From a virus (taxonomy: Duplodnaviria > Caudoviricetes), in the IMG/VR virus record IMGVR_UViG_3300046318_000318: a stretch of 64,000 nt of DNA. The stretch is one strand, 5' to 3'. Below, piece after piece: positions 39,071-47,729 of this stretch. The notes beneath the pieces are model-generated. The model was not told where the DNA came from. It saw only the letters and a program-made list of their open reading frames with translations, and searched no databases. The first letter of the stretch is position 1; every line of letters begins with the position of its first letter. The translations under genes were made by a program, and so were the position numbers.

Positions 39071-39517
39071 TTAAGATTCTGTCGGAAAGTCATATACCAA
39101 GGTTTCATCCTGTTTAGATACCTCAGGTGCCTTAGGCGTGATCTTAGTAACTTTCAGATCGATAGGTTCACAAGGCTTAGTGATATGCTCATACAAAGCA
39201 CTCTCAAAGGCTGTTAGCATATTCTTAAACTGAGTCTTCAGTTTTTTATAGATAAAGATCCTCTGTTCTTTATCCCTAACGATAATAGTGAAGACATCAC
39301 TGGTAACGTTGGCTGTGACGATGCTGTAGATATTCTTACGCTTCAGAAACTTATGTTCAGCTGAGTTAACTTTGATGCTTCTCATCATACCTACAGACAC
39401 AGGCTGTTTGTCATCGTAAGAGATAGAGATAGACATCTGATCGATATTCTTAACAGAAGCTTGAAACAGATTGCTAAAGGCCATTAAGTTAAGACCGTGA
39501 GATTTAAGGATTTGCAT
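39071..39517 (-). CDS. Hypothetical protein
   Basis: 148-aa ORF flanked by terminators at about 39030-39066 and 39584-39619. Confidence 0.6.
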   Translation of the reverse strand: MQILKSHGLNLMAFSNLFQASVKNIDQMSISISYDDKQPVSVGMMRSIKVNSAEHKFLKRKNIYSIVTANVTSDVFTIIVRDKEQRIFIYKKLKTQFKNMLTAFESALYEHITKPCEPIDLKVTKITPKAPEVSKQDETLVYDFPTES

Positions 39518-39583
39518 AATATTTTACTAAGGATGAATTGAGACGACTAATCTATATAACTTTAGTCTAAATAAAAAAGGGAA

Positions 39584-39619
39584 AAAAGAAAAGGACCCCC
39601 GGAAGGGTCCTTTTCTTCT
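39584..39619 (-). terminator. Terminator after major capsid gene
   Basis: aagaaaaggacccc-cgga-agggtccttttctt with A-tract. Confidence 0.75.
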
Positions 39620-39648
39620 ATTAGAGGCAATATTACTATCGCCTAAAC

Positions 39649-41790
39649 TCAAACGAGTTTGTAGTTGATTTGCACTTTATTAAGTACAGCAGGTACGTTG
39701 TTCACAACGAAGGTCGTCATGATAGGCAGGTGTGTCACGAATGCGTAACGTGGCTGCACAACGGTCTCTTTGCTGTAGGTGTTACCACGGCTCAGATTAG
39801 CAGTCATCACCAACTCAGGACCCCAGATCATGTTGCCGAAGTTCAATGGGTTAGGAGCAGTGTTACGCTGCTCGTTGAACACACCGAAGGTCATGAAGAT
39901 CTTACCAGCAACACGGCTATCAAGGGTAGAGACGATGCGAACATCAAACTCACCACCCAACGTACGCAGGTCACCAGACACGTTCAAGTAACGAGCCAAC
40001 ACTGGATCTGTGCCGATGATCACGACTGGTACAGCAGAGATACCACCGCTCAGAGCGTCGGCAGCAGCCTTGTACTCGGAGTCACGATACATGCGGTAAG
40101 CGTAATCACGCAGCTTGTTCACCAGAGCAGCTTGCATGTCTTGAGCGCGTTCGAACGACTTGATGGAGTCCACCATGGTCGCCATATCCAGAGTTTCCTG
40201 GAAGTAGGTAGGACGCACAAAGAAACGACCCACACCCAACACGTCAGGACCTTCACCCAACACGTCAGCAGCATCCACATATTGAGCCAAGGTACCAGCA
40301 GCGTCGATCAGAGCAGAAACTGCTTCGTTAGACACGCGGATACGAGTAGCGCTGATCAGAGCTTGCACGTCGGTAGCGTCGACAGAAGCGTCGACCACAG
40401 CAGGATGCATAGCAGAGATAGGCGAACGCAATGGCACAGCGTACAGTTGCGTGAACTTGGTCACGTCGATCAACTGACCGCGTTGACGACGGTTGATGTT
40501 CGTGTAGAAAGCAGTCAGGTCGTAACCTTCAATGGTACCAGCGTTGACCACTGCGACCACAGGAGCGGCAGGAGCAACAGCTTGATCCAATTGCTGACCA
40601 GTAGAGTCCAGAATGACGTGAGTCTGCACAGCGTTACCGTAGATAGAAGTCTTACCGGTTTCGATGTTCACAGAACCAGTCAACTTCAGCTCAACGCGAG
40701 CAATCAGGTTACCAGTAACCACACCAGCCAGATCCACCAGAGCAGAACCGTCAGCTTGCTTGGTATCGCGGTTGATCAGAACGCTCGTGGTTTCGAAGTT
40801 CAGAGTCATCACGCGATAATTGTTTTGCGTGCTGTATGTGAAGTTAGCCAAAGGTAGGTTCGACACATTGAAGCGCAGAACGTCAGCACCGAACTTGACA
40901 TACACGTTCTTGAGGTTCAAGAAGGTGTCCAGAGTGTCGGTGTTGTCCATCACGCCAGTGGCCAGCAGAGCATCAGTTTGACCCACGGCGATCAGGTTCA
41001 GTTCTTTACCGATCTTCAGAGGAGCGGTGGTGATAGATTGACCTTCGACGATCACAGCAGCAGGAGCTACGACAGCAGGATCCACGAACTGAGCGGCGTT
41101 TTGAGGACGCACAGCTGGAATCACGCGGGTCTGTTCTTTCTTCAGGATCGAAGCATCGGCCACAGCACGGATGATGTTCTTCTTACCAAAATCACGGAAT
41201 GCGCCGTCGATGTTGTGTTGAGTTGCGTCAAACACAGTCATCAGATCCACGGTCACGCCAAAACCAACTTGGTCAGGAGTCAGAACCAGAGTAGGGAAGA
41301 AGGTTTCGCCAAACTCGTCTTGACGAGCAGACTGCATGTTGTAAGCGATCGAGTAGATCGAAGCATTGCGGTTCTCGCGCTCGTCATAAGCTTCCAGACC
41401 GAATGCACGCTCAGACATACCTTCAGCAGCACCCATGGTTTGCACAACCACAGCACCTTCCATAGCCACAGGGCTAGAGATGGTCTTGCGGCTCAGCAGA
41501 TGGCGTGGGTCAGCAGCGATCATACCGCCGATAGAACCAGCAGCGATTTGAGCGGGGGTGAGTTTGTAACCCAGACCCAGGTCAGCCACGATCGATTCGA
41601 TAGCGGTGCTCAGACCTTCATGTACATTGTTCAGTTCAGCCAATTGGAAGTCTTGTGCAGATTCCAGGGCAAACATGGTCTTGGTAGACTCAGGAGTAAC
41701 CATGCGACCACCTTCAACGGTGTTACGCAGATGCACCAGCAGTTGCTGAACTTGGGTTTTTTGTTGACCCGTGGATTTACCAAATTTCAT
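39649..41790 (-). CDS. Major capsid protein (phiKZ gp120-like)
   Basis: 713 aa; propeptide with ALES/AIES/AMEG/GLEAY sites; YSIAYNMQSARQDEFGETFFPT motif; strong codon bias. Confidence 0.9.
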   Translation of the reverse strand: MKFGKSTGQQKTQVQQLLVHLRNTVEGGRMVTPESTKTMFALESAQDFQLAELNNVHEGLSTAIESIVADLGLGYKLTPAQIAAGSIGGMIAADPRHLLSRKTISSPVAMEGAVVVQTMGAAEGMSERAFGLEAYDERENRNASIYSIAYNMQSARQDEFGETFFPTLVLTPDQVGFGVTVDLMTVFDATQHNIDGAFRDFGKKNIIRAVADASILKKEQTRVIPAVRPQNAAQFVDPAVVAPAAVIVEGQSITTAPLKIGKELNLIAVGQTDALLATGVMDNTDTLDTFLNLKNVYVKFGADVLRFNVSNLPLANFTYSTQNNYRVMTLNFETTSVLINRDTKQADGSALVDLAGVVTGNLIARVELKLTGSVNIETGKTSIYGNAVQTHVILDSTGQQLDQAVAPAAPVVAVVNAGTIEGYDLTAFYTNINRRQRGQLIDVTKFTQLYAVPLRSPISAMHPAVVDASVDATDVQALISATRIRVSNEAVSALIDAAGTLAQYVDAADVLGEGPDVLGVGRFFVRPTYFQETLDMATMVDSIKSFERAQDMQAALVNKLRDYAYRMYRDSEYKAAADALSGGISAVPVVIIGTDPVLARYLNVSGDLRTLGGEFDVRIVSTLDSRVAGKIFMTFGVFNEQRNTAPNPLNFGNMIWGPELVMTANLSRGNTYSKETVVQPRYAFVTHLPIMTTFVVNNVPAVLNKVQINYKLV

Positions 41791-41826
41791 TTCGAGTTCC
41801 TTAGTTGGTTTCAGAAAAGTTAACTG

Positions 41827-42438
41827 TCACAAAACGCTACCTTGAAGTTCTTTCAGGTAAACAGAATAAATGCCGAGGCTGGATGCTCTGCCGGACGACA
41901 TCATAGAATAGAACTGATCGACGCATTTTTTAGAAAAGTTAAATGCGCCTTTCTTGGTTTGGAGAGTATTGATAATACCCTCGTCGACGATAATGTAAAC
42001 GACGTGAGTGTCTTTTACGAATGTGTAAGTTTTAGACTCTATACCGAAAGCATCTTCAATCTCCACAACAGGCATTCCATCCTGCATTGTGGTTAGTCTA
42101 TTTCTCATGTATAGTTTATTTTCTTCCATACCAACTAAGGGTTGAACGGAATACTCCAGCTCTTTTAATTGCTCTGTGGTGAGATTTTGGAAATGACAAG
42201 ACAGTTTAAATCCATCGAACCAAAACAGATTCTTATTTCTGTATGTGGTGTATAAAGGACTAAAAGCCTCATCGACATAGGCCCAATCTCTCAGATCATT
42301 AAGCGATAGAACACCACGGACTTTACCGTAGTTTCTAAAATCCATAATATCTATTTTATTACGTATCAATATCTGATATATCCATCTGGGGATTGGACAC
42401 ACAACAGATGAATTCAAAAAAGGTATGTCGGTACTCAT
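41827..42438 (-). CDS. Conserved protein (phiKZ gp119-like; likely start MSTDI)
   Basis: Between MCP and DnaB as in phiKZ. Confidence 0.6.
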   Translation of the reverse strand: MSTDIPFLNSSVVCPIPRWIYQILIRNKIDIMDFRNYGKVRGVLSLNDLRDWAYVDEAFSPLYTTYRNKNLFWFDGFKLSCHFQNLTTEQLKELEYSVQPLVGMEENKLYMRNRLTTMQDGMPVVEIEDAFGIESKTYTFVKDTHVVYIIVDEGIINTLQTKKGAFNFSKKCVDQFYSMMSSGRASSLGIYSVYLKELQGSVL

Positions 42439-42522
42439 GGTTAAACCTCGGTGAAGATTTTTATCAGATAGGGCTATGTTATGTCTCGATCGTACCAAAC
42501 ACTTAAATAAGAAGATAAGTCC

Positions 42523-44061
42523 ATGGATGATAAACTGCTGCTTGCCAAAAGCATTACCCTCTTGTTTCGTGAAAGCCAGCTGAAACAGAAAACAGAAAAC
42601 AGTTCAGATCTGGTCAGAACCGTACTGGAAAGCATCAAGATTATTGACGACGCTTCTACTTTGAATGTAAACACAGACAAAGAAATTATCGTTCGGTTAA
42701 AAACCACAGTCCTTGAGATGTGTGGTTATCCACCAGAACATGAATACGATACCAACGCTCTGATTCAAACCATTAAGCACAACTGCATGTATGACAACAA
42801 TCTGTTTGAAGTCATACAGTCTGGTTTGCAAGACAATATTCCTGAGAGCAATCTGAAGCGCTCTATCGTTAACATCAGGAAGACAATTAATAACTATTTC
42901 AGAGAACGTAAGATCGGTGAAGTACTGAGTAAGTACAGCATGGACTTTCGTTACAAAAGAGATAGTATCAAAGATATCAACGGATATATCGCTGAACTCA
43001 TTAGTCAACTAGAACCTTTACAGCTGAACACAAGCTCTAAAGATCCTGCTGTGATGGGTGAGGTGGATCTGGGTAGCGATGAATCTTTGAGGGAAGTGTT
43101 CTCAGCTATCAAGCAGAATAATGAAGGTACTCGTATCTATAAGACAGGTTGGACTGATCTTAACGATATGTTGCAAGGTGGTATACGCCCAGCTGAGTTT
43201 ATCATAACCCCGGCACTCCAACATAAATACAAGACAGGTTTTAATCTTTCTTTATTTGCCCAAATTGCTAGATTGAACCAACCTAACAATATAGATCCGG
43301 GTAAGAAACCTTTATTGTTGAGGATCTCTTTTGAGGATGAGCTTGTAAACAATCTTCAGTTCTTGTATCAGTATCTTAAGTACAACGAGACAAGAGAATA
43401 CGTAAGTATGAAAGATCTGTCTGTTGAGGAGATGGCGTCTTACGTAAAGAAAGAGTTGCAACAAACTGGTTTCCATGTTAAAATGATGCGAGTGGACCCT
43501 ACTCAGTGGTCTTATCGCAACATCTGTAACAAAGTTATTGAACTGGAAGCCCAGGGTTACAGCATCGAAGGTTTGTTTCTGGATTATTTAGCTATGGTGC
43601 CTACGACAGGATGTATTACATCTGGTCCTATCGGTACAGACATGAGAGATCTGATCAGACGAGTGAGAAACTTTTGCGCTCCTCGCGGTACATTCGTAGT
43701 TACGCCTCATCAACTTTCTCCTGAGGCTAAAGCTTTGGTAAGAGGTGGTGTTGCAGAAGATCAGTTTGTGAAAGAAGTGGCTGAGAAAGGTTATACCTCT
43801 GGAAGCAGGCAGCTAGATCAGGAAGTAGACTTAGAAATCTACATCCATCTGGTTAAACACAATAGAGAGACTTATTTGACAGTACAGCGTGGTAAACATC
43901 GTTTACCTACAGTGATCAACGACGACTATAAGTATTTCATTTTGAAGTTTCCTAAGGGCATGCCTATCCCTGAAGATATCAACGAAATACAACATATTCC
44001 AATTAGAAAGCTTAGGTCAGTAGCTACCAACACAGACGAATCTTTGTTTCTACCTAGCTAA
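42523..44061 (+). CDS. dnaB: DnaB-like replicative helicase (phiKZ gp118-like)
   Basis: ALQHKYKTGF Walker A variant, SFED, FLDYL Walker B, PHQLS, QRGKHR. Confidence 0.85.
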   Translation: MDDKLLLAKSITLLFRESQLKQKTENSSDLVRTVLESIKIIDDASTLNVNTDKEIIVRLKTTVLEMCGYPPEHEYDTNALIQTIKHNCMYDNNLFEVIQSGLQDNIPESNLKRSIVNIRKTINNYFRERKIGEVLSKYSMDFRYKRDSIKDINGYIAELISQLEPLQLNTSSKDPAVMGEVDLGSDESLREVFSAIKQNNEGTRIYKTGWTDLNDMLQGGIRPAEFIITPALQHKYKTGFNLSLFAQIARLNQPNNIDPGKKPLLLRISFEDELVNNLQFLYQYLKYNETREYVSMKDLSVEEMASYVKKELQQTGFHVKMMRVDPTQWSYRNICNKVIELEAQGYSIEGLFLDYLAMVPTTGCITSGPIGTDMRDLIRRVRNFCAPRGTFVVTPHQLSPEAKALVRGGVAEDQFVKEVAEKGYTSGSRQLDQEVDLEIYIHLVKHNRETYLTVQRGKHRLPTVINDDYKYFILKFPKGMPIPEDINEIQHIPIRKLRSVATNTDESLFLPS

Positions 44062-44063
44062 AC

Positions 44064-44108
44064 AAAAAAAAATAACACCCTGGCCTTTTGGGCTGGGGTG
44101 TTATTTTT
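44064..44108 (-). terminator. Cassette terminator T5
   Basis: Identical to T3. Confidence 0.85.
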
Positions 44109-44109
44109 A

Positions 44110-44751
44110 TCAGCAGAGCACAGGCTGCTGAGAAGCTTTGAACTTCTCACGCATAGCTTGTACTCGCTCTTCTAACGACTCCAGAATTTCTGGATGGCCC
44201 AGAAGAGTGTCCGTCATTACCTGACGAATTTCCATCAAAGCGTAATACGCTTGTTGGAAACCAACCACAGATGCTGCGTAAGCATCTGCTTCCAGCTCAA
44301 AACGTTGAACGGATTTTGTTAATCCAGCATTTTCAAGACGGAACATATGCTGGTCTTTGAGATGGCCAAACTCATGTTCCGTGATGAACCTCAGTGTCTC
44401 TTCGGTATAGAGACCTTTCATGGTCAATACCAGATCGACCTTACCGATCGACATGGTCATCCCACCACCGAAATTTTTAACAAGCTCTGTGAGGTTTGTC
44501 ACAAAGACTTTCCCTGTTACAGGATGTCTTACCATAGTGGTCAGCCAATACCAATTTGGCATCTCGACCCACTTCACTTTTCTCCCGTTAGGGAGCTTGG
44601 CGGTCTTGCACCACCAAGTGGTGCAGCAGATGGTCAGGACAAGCCTGACCACTTGACTCTCCTTCAACCGGTCCCCGAACAGGGACCAACCGGTGGTCAA
44701 AGCCACAGCCGTGAAGAAAGTAACGCCAAGTACCAAAGAAAACTGTTCCAT
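44110..44751 (-). CDS. Cassette 5 cargo: membrane-anchored HExxH zinc metalloprotease (M48/M56-like gluzincin)
   Basis: N-terminal TM; HEFGH plus downstream ELEAD; SD spacing indicates start MEQFS at 44751. Confidence 0.7.
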   Translation of the reverse strand: MEQFSLVLGVTFFTAVALTTGWSLFGDRLKESQVVRLVLTICCTTWWCKTAKLPNGRKVKWVEMPNWYWLTTMVRHPVTGKVFVTNLTELVKNFGGGMTMSIGKVDLVLTMKGLYTEETLRFITEHEFGHLKDQHMFRLENAGLTKSVQRFELEADAYAASVVGFQQAYYALMEIRQVMTDTLLGHPEILESLEERVQAMREKFKASQQPVLC

Positions 44752-44843
44752 AACTATCTCCTTAGTCACAAGTTCGAAAGATGTTTCGATTAAACTGTAA
44801 CGATAGTCAAGTTAAGTATATGTGACCAAAATACTTTATAAGG
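44752..44843 (-). promoter_or_regulatory. Cassette 5 putative early promoter + structured leader + SD
   Basis: CTTATAAAGTATTTTGGTCACATATACTTAACTTGA...GTTACAG-TTTAA-TCGAAA-CATC-TTTCGA-A-CTTGTGAC-TAAGGAG. Confidence 0.85.
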
Positions 44844-44896
44844 ATATCTAGTTAACCTGGATATCTTTTGACTATAAACCTTAAGGACTTTACAAT

Positions 44897-45820
44897 ATGA
44901 ACGGTAAACTATATCAAGAAGAACAAAGTACAGCTTCTTCTAATGGTAAAGAGTACGATCTAAATATTCTATTTAAGAGAATTAAGAATAAACAATCTAT
45001 AGACATACCTATTGATAAACTCATATGGGTGTTAGAATATACAGTTATAGACGAACTAAGAGTTAAAAACGCTGATGTCTCAATTCCTATATTGATTTAC
45101 AATGACAAAAAAGATGGATATGTGACTATAGACGGAGCGCACAGACTGACCAAAGCTTTTAGATTAAAGATGAAAGTTATACCTGGTGTGATGTTAAGTG
45201 ATGAGGATATGGAAGCAGCTGAGATAAATAAAAAGAAAATAGCTTTGCTATCCGATAGTAATAATGTTTGGCAAATAGATTTTGGTCCTTCTTACACACC
45301 CAAAGAGATGTTAGAACTGGGTGTTTTTGAAGGTAAGTATGTCAACAACGTGAAAGGCATACCAGCTGACTGGAAGAAAAGTGATAAAGTATTAGGCTCT
45401 GATGATGAACCTGATCCCAGTGTTAATAAGTACGGAGTTAAATCAAGACAACCTTTATCAGTTTGGAAAAAGAACGATTGGATAAAAACAGACCCTAACG
45501 GATGGTTCGCTTGGTACTGTAATTATTATCTAGGTAGAAGACTAGGTGAAGAAGATGAATGGCAGATCAAACGCTGGAGAAGTTTTGTAGCTAGACATCA
45601 GGCTCAGATCAAAGCAGATCCCAAAGGACATCTTAAAGACAGACGCTTAGCTCAAAAGCAAGGTTTGTTACAATGGGCGTGGGATTGGGAACAGAACTTC
45701 ACTGATAAGAACGTAACTATCAACGCTAAAAGAATAGCTAAGTCTGCTGGCGCTAAGCTAGATAAAGAAGAACCAGCTTTAGAAAATATGATTCTGCCTG
45801 CTTTTGCCAGGTGGATTTAA
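44897..45820 (+). CDS. ParB/sulfiredoxin-like domain fused to a conserved Trp-rich domain of unknown function
   Basis: IDGAHRL ParB-like motif; FEGKY, DPNGWFAWYCNYYLGRR; C-terminal ALE...PAFARW. Confidence 0.6.
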   Translation: MNGKLYQEEQSTASSNGKEYDLNILFKRIKNKQSIDIPIDKLIWVLEYTVIDELRVKNADVSIPILIYNDKKDGYVTIDGAHRLTKAFRLKMKVIPGVMLSDEDMEAAEINKKKIALLSDSNNVWQIDFGPSYTPKEMLELGVFEGKYVNNVKGIPADWKKSDKVLGSDDEPDPSVNKYGVKSRQPLSVWKKNDWIKTDPNGWFAWYCNYYLGRRLGEEDEWQIKRWRSFVARHQAQIKADPKGHLKDRRLAQKQGLLQWAWDWEQNFTDKNVTINAKRIAKSAGAKLDKEEPALENMILPAFARWI

Positions 45821-45874
45821 ATATCAAATAGATCATATGCTCTCACCCTTTTCCATAACACGTAAGGTTTACAA

Positions 45875-46399
45875 ATGGCTAACGTTTTAAATTTCTCTAA
45901 AGTAACTGCACTGCCTGTTACTTTCAGTCCTTCCACTCTGTACCTTATTCCAGGTACCCTACCTGATGAGATGCATGTATATGTGTCTGATTCTACCGGT
46001 ACTTCTGTTAAGAAGATAATCGACAGAGATGACATCATCGGTCTGATTAACACCACAGCTCCCGCTGACAACATTGTCGGCATCATTAATTGCTTTGGTT
46101 CTAATGAGGTTGTTGCTACTGGTAATTACGTTGGGTTTTTAAATGCTCATAAAGTCTTTACCTTTGATAAAGTACGTGTGAGTCTTCGCACCCATAGCGC
46201 AGATGCTGATATTAACTTCACTCTTGAATCCAATATGGATCCAGCTTTTGCAGTAGGTACTTTACTAGCAGGTAATAAAACAGCTGAGTTAACAGGTCTT
46301 AACTACACCACGACTCTCAATGAGACTATCACTGTCTCTATAGCAAGCACAACCAATACCACAGGTAAAGGTTTGATAGCTCTTTTGATTAAATCATAA
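45875..46399 (+). CDS. Tail-cluster-type protein with LxFxKV N-terminal module
   Basis: N-terminus shared with 62008 and 62496 ORFs. Confidence 0.55.
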   Translation: MANVLNFSKVTALPVTFSPSTLYLIPGTLPDEMHVYVSDSTGTSVKKIIDRDDIIGLINTTAPADNIVGIINCFGSNEVVATGNYVGFLNAHKVFTFDKVRVSLRTHSADADINFTLESNMDPAFAVGTLLAGNKTAELTGLNYTTTLNETITVSIASTTNTTGKGLIALLIKS

Positions 46400-46411
46400 T
46401 CAGACATAAAC

Positions 46412-46443
46412 TCCTATCTAGCTCCCTAGGGAGCTAGATAGGA
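46412..46443. terminator. Perfect 32-bp palindrome, bidirectional terminator
   Basis: tcctatctagctccct|agggagctagatagga. Confidence 0.75.
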
Positions 46444-46455
46444 TTATGCTGTTAT

Positions 46456-46869
46456 TTAAAACGGTGGGTTGCTGTTCTGATGAGCGCGACGCATCAATTC
46501 ACTGAAAGAGATTTTGGCTCCATTCGAAGAACTATCTTGTTTGATAGCTTGACTAACAGGCGTCTGGATCTTGCTAGGTGGTACTTGCACGTATTCAGAA
46601 TCAGGCAATACTTTAGTTTCTTTGACCAAAGTCTTTACCTTGGGTTCTTTACGAGCCAGATCTTTAGCTGTTCGAGTAGGGGCTTTAGTGACCTCTACTT
46701 TAATAGCTTTTTTAGGGACTTTAGCAGCTGCTCCTAGTTTAGCAGCAGCTTTGACCACAGCTTTTTTCACAGCCGCTTTAGCAGCAGCTTTACTGATCTC
46801 ACTGATCATAGCTGCTTCGCTTACTTGTTTCTTAGCAGCTGGTTTAGCAATTTTCTTTGCGGTAGTCAT
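46456..46869 (-). CDS. Lys/Ala-rich histone H1-like protein
   Basis: AKKIAKPAAKK, KAAAKAAVKKAVVKAAAK. Confidence 0.6.
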   Translation of the reverse strand: MTTAKKIAKPAAKKQVSEAAMISEISKAAAKAAVKKAVVKAAAKLGAAAKVPKKAIKVEVTKAPTRTAKDLARKEPKVKTLVKETKVLPDSEYVQVPPSKIQTPVSQAIKQDSSSNGAKISFSELMRRAHQNSNPPF

Positions 46870-46870
46870 T

Positions 46871-47431
46871 TCATCTTCTCCTATAGGTGATGAAGTTATA
46901 TGTTAATAAGCCCTCACCTGTGAAGATAGGTGTTTGACTTTCCAGTTTAAAAAGATCATGAGGTACGGTAGGTACATAGACCGCATCCGTGAACATGTCT
47001 ACAAGATGTTGATGGTTCTTATAGATTTGTGTCAGATGTATAACATCTGCGTATTTAAATCCTTCATTGACAATCAGATCTCTACCGCCTATGATAAACA
47101 GCTTAGAGTCTTTACCCGTACGAGGGTTATTAGCAGTGAGTTTTAAAGCTTTGAACGCTTTGATGTATTCAACAGGATCACTTACTTTAAAAGTGAGTAA
47201 AGTGTTTACATTTTCATCTATGGGAATATCCCTAGATGTAACTATTGCATTTACACGATCTGGTAGAGATTTACCTATAGAGTCAAAGGTTTTTCTACCC
47301 ATCAAGACAGTTTCAAAAATAGTCATATCTTTGAAACGTTTGAGATCAGCAGATAGTTTCCAAGGGATCTTACCATCGATCCCTATAAGACCATCTACAT
47401 CCCTGGCGTAAATAAGTTCTACTGATGGCAT
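46871..47431 (-). CDS. folA: Dihydrofolate reductase
   Basis: GLIGIDGKIPWKLSADLKRFK, MGRKTFDSI, LPDRVN, FIIGG. Confidence 0.92.
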   Translation of the reverse strand: MPSVELIYARDVDGLIGIDGKIPWKLSADLKRFKDMTIFETVLMGRKTFDSIGKSLPDRVNAIVTSRDIPIDENVNTLLTFKVSDPVEYIKAFKALKLTANNPRTGKDSKLFIIGGRDLIVNEGFKYADVIHLTQIYKNHQHLVDMFTDAVYVPTVPHDLFKLESQTPIFTGEGLLTYNFITYRRR

Positions 47432-47432
47432 G

Positions 47433-47729
47433 TTAAGTAGCTACCGGGTAAGGTATGTGTGGATGTGGGTCGTATCCTTCCAGTTCAATATCTTCAGATT
47501 TGATCTTAAAGATATCTGTCTCGTCTGTTTTAAAGACAAGTCGTGGAAGAGATCTGGGCTCACGAGAGATTTGTTCATCTACCAAATGCAATTGATCTGT
47601 GTAGATATGTGTATCTCCAGTAGACCAAATGAACTCATTAGGTTCCATATCAACATGTCGGGCAATCAAATGCAACAGCAATGAATACTGAGCTATGTTG
47701 TAAGGGCTCCCTATAGGTGTATCGACTGA
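47433..47729 (-). CDS. thyA: Thymidylate synthase exon 2
   Basis: SVD..IGSPYNIAQYSLL, GDTHIY, YDPHPHIPYPVA; joins exon 1 in frame as QR|SVD. Confidence 0.92.
   Translation of the reverse strand, partial: SVDTPIGSPYNIAQYSLLLHLIARHVDMEPNEFIWSTGDTHIYTDQLHLVDEQISREPRSLPRLVFKTDETDIFKIKSEDIELEGYDPHPHIPYPVAT

Noticed and set aside
39670-41823. Long plus-strand ORFs (395 aa and 281 aa) antisense to the major capsid gene
   Set aside because: No SD or recognisable motif; explained by the capsid gene's codon bias removing antisense stops.
36490-44061. Inteins or introns in nrdA, nrdB or dnaB
   Set aside because: The ORFs are continuous, of expected length, and show no intein C-terminal HN-C/S/T block or LAGLIDADG motif.
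44752-44769. Track start (MTKEIV) for the metalloprotease
   Set aside because: Those codons overlap the cassette SD and leader; the SD spacing shared with sibling cassettes points to ATG 44751.
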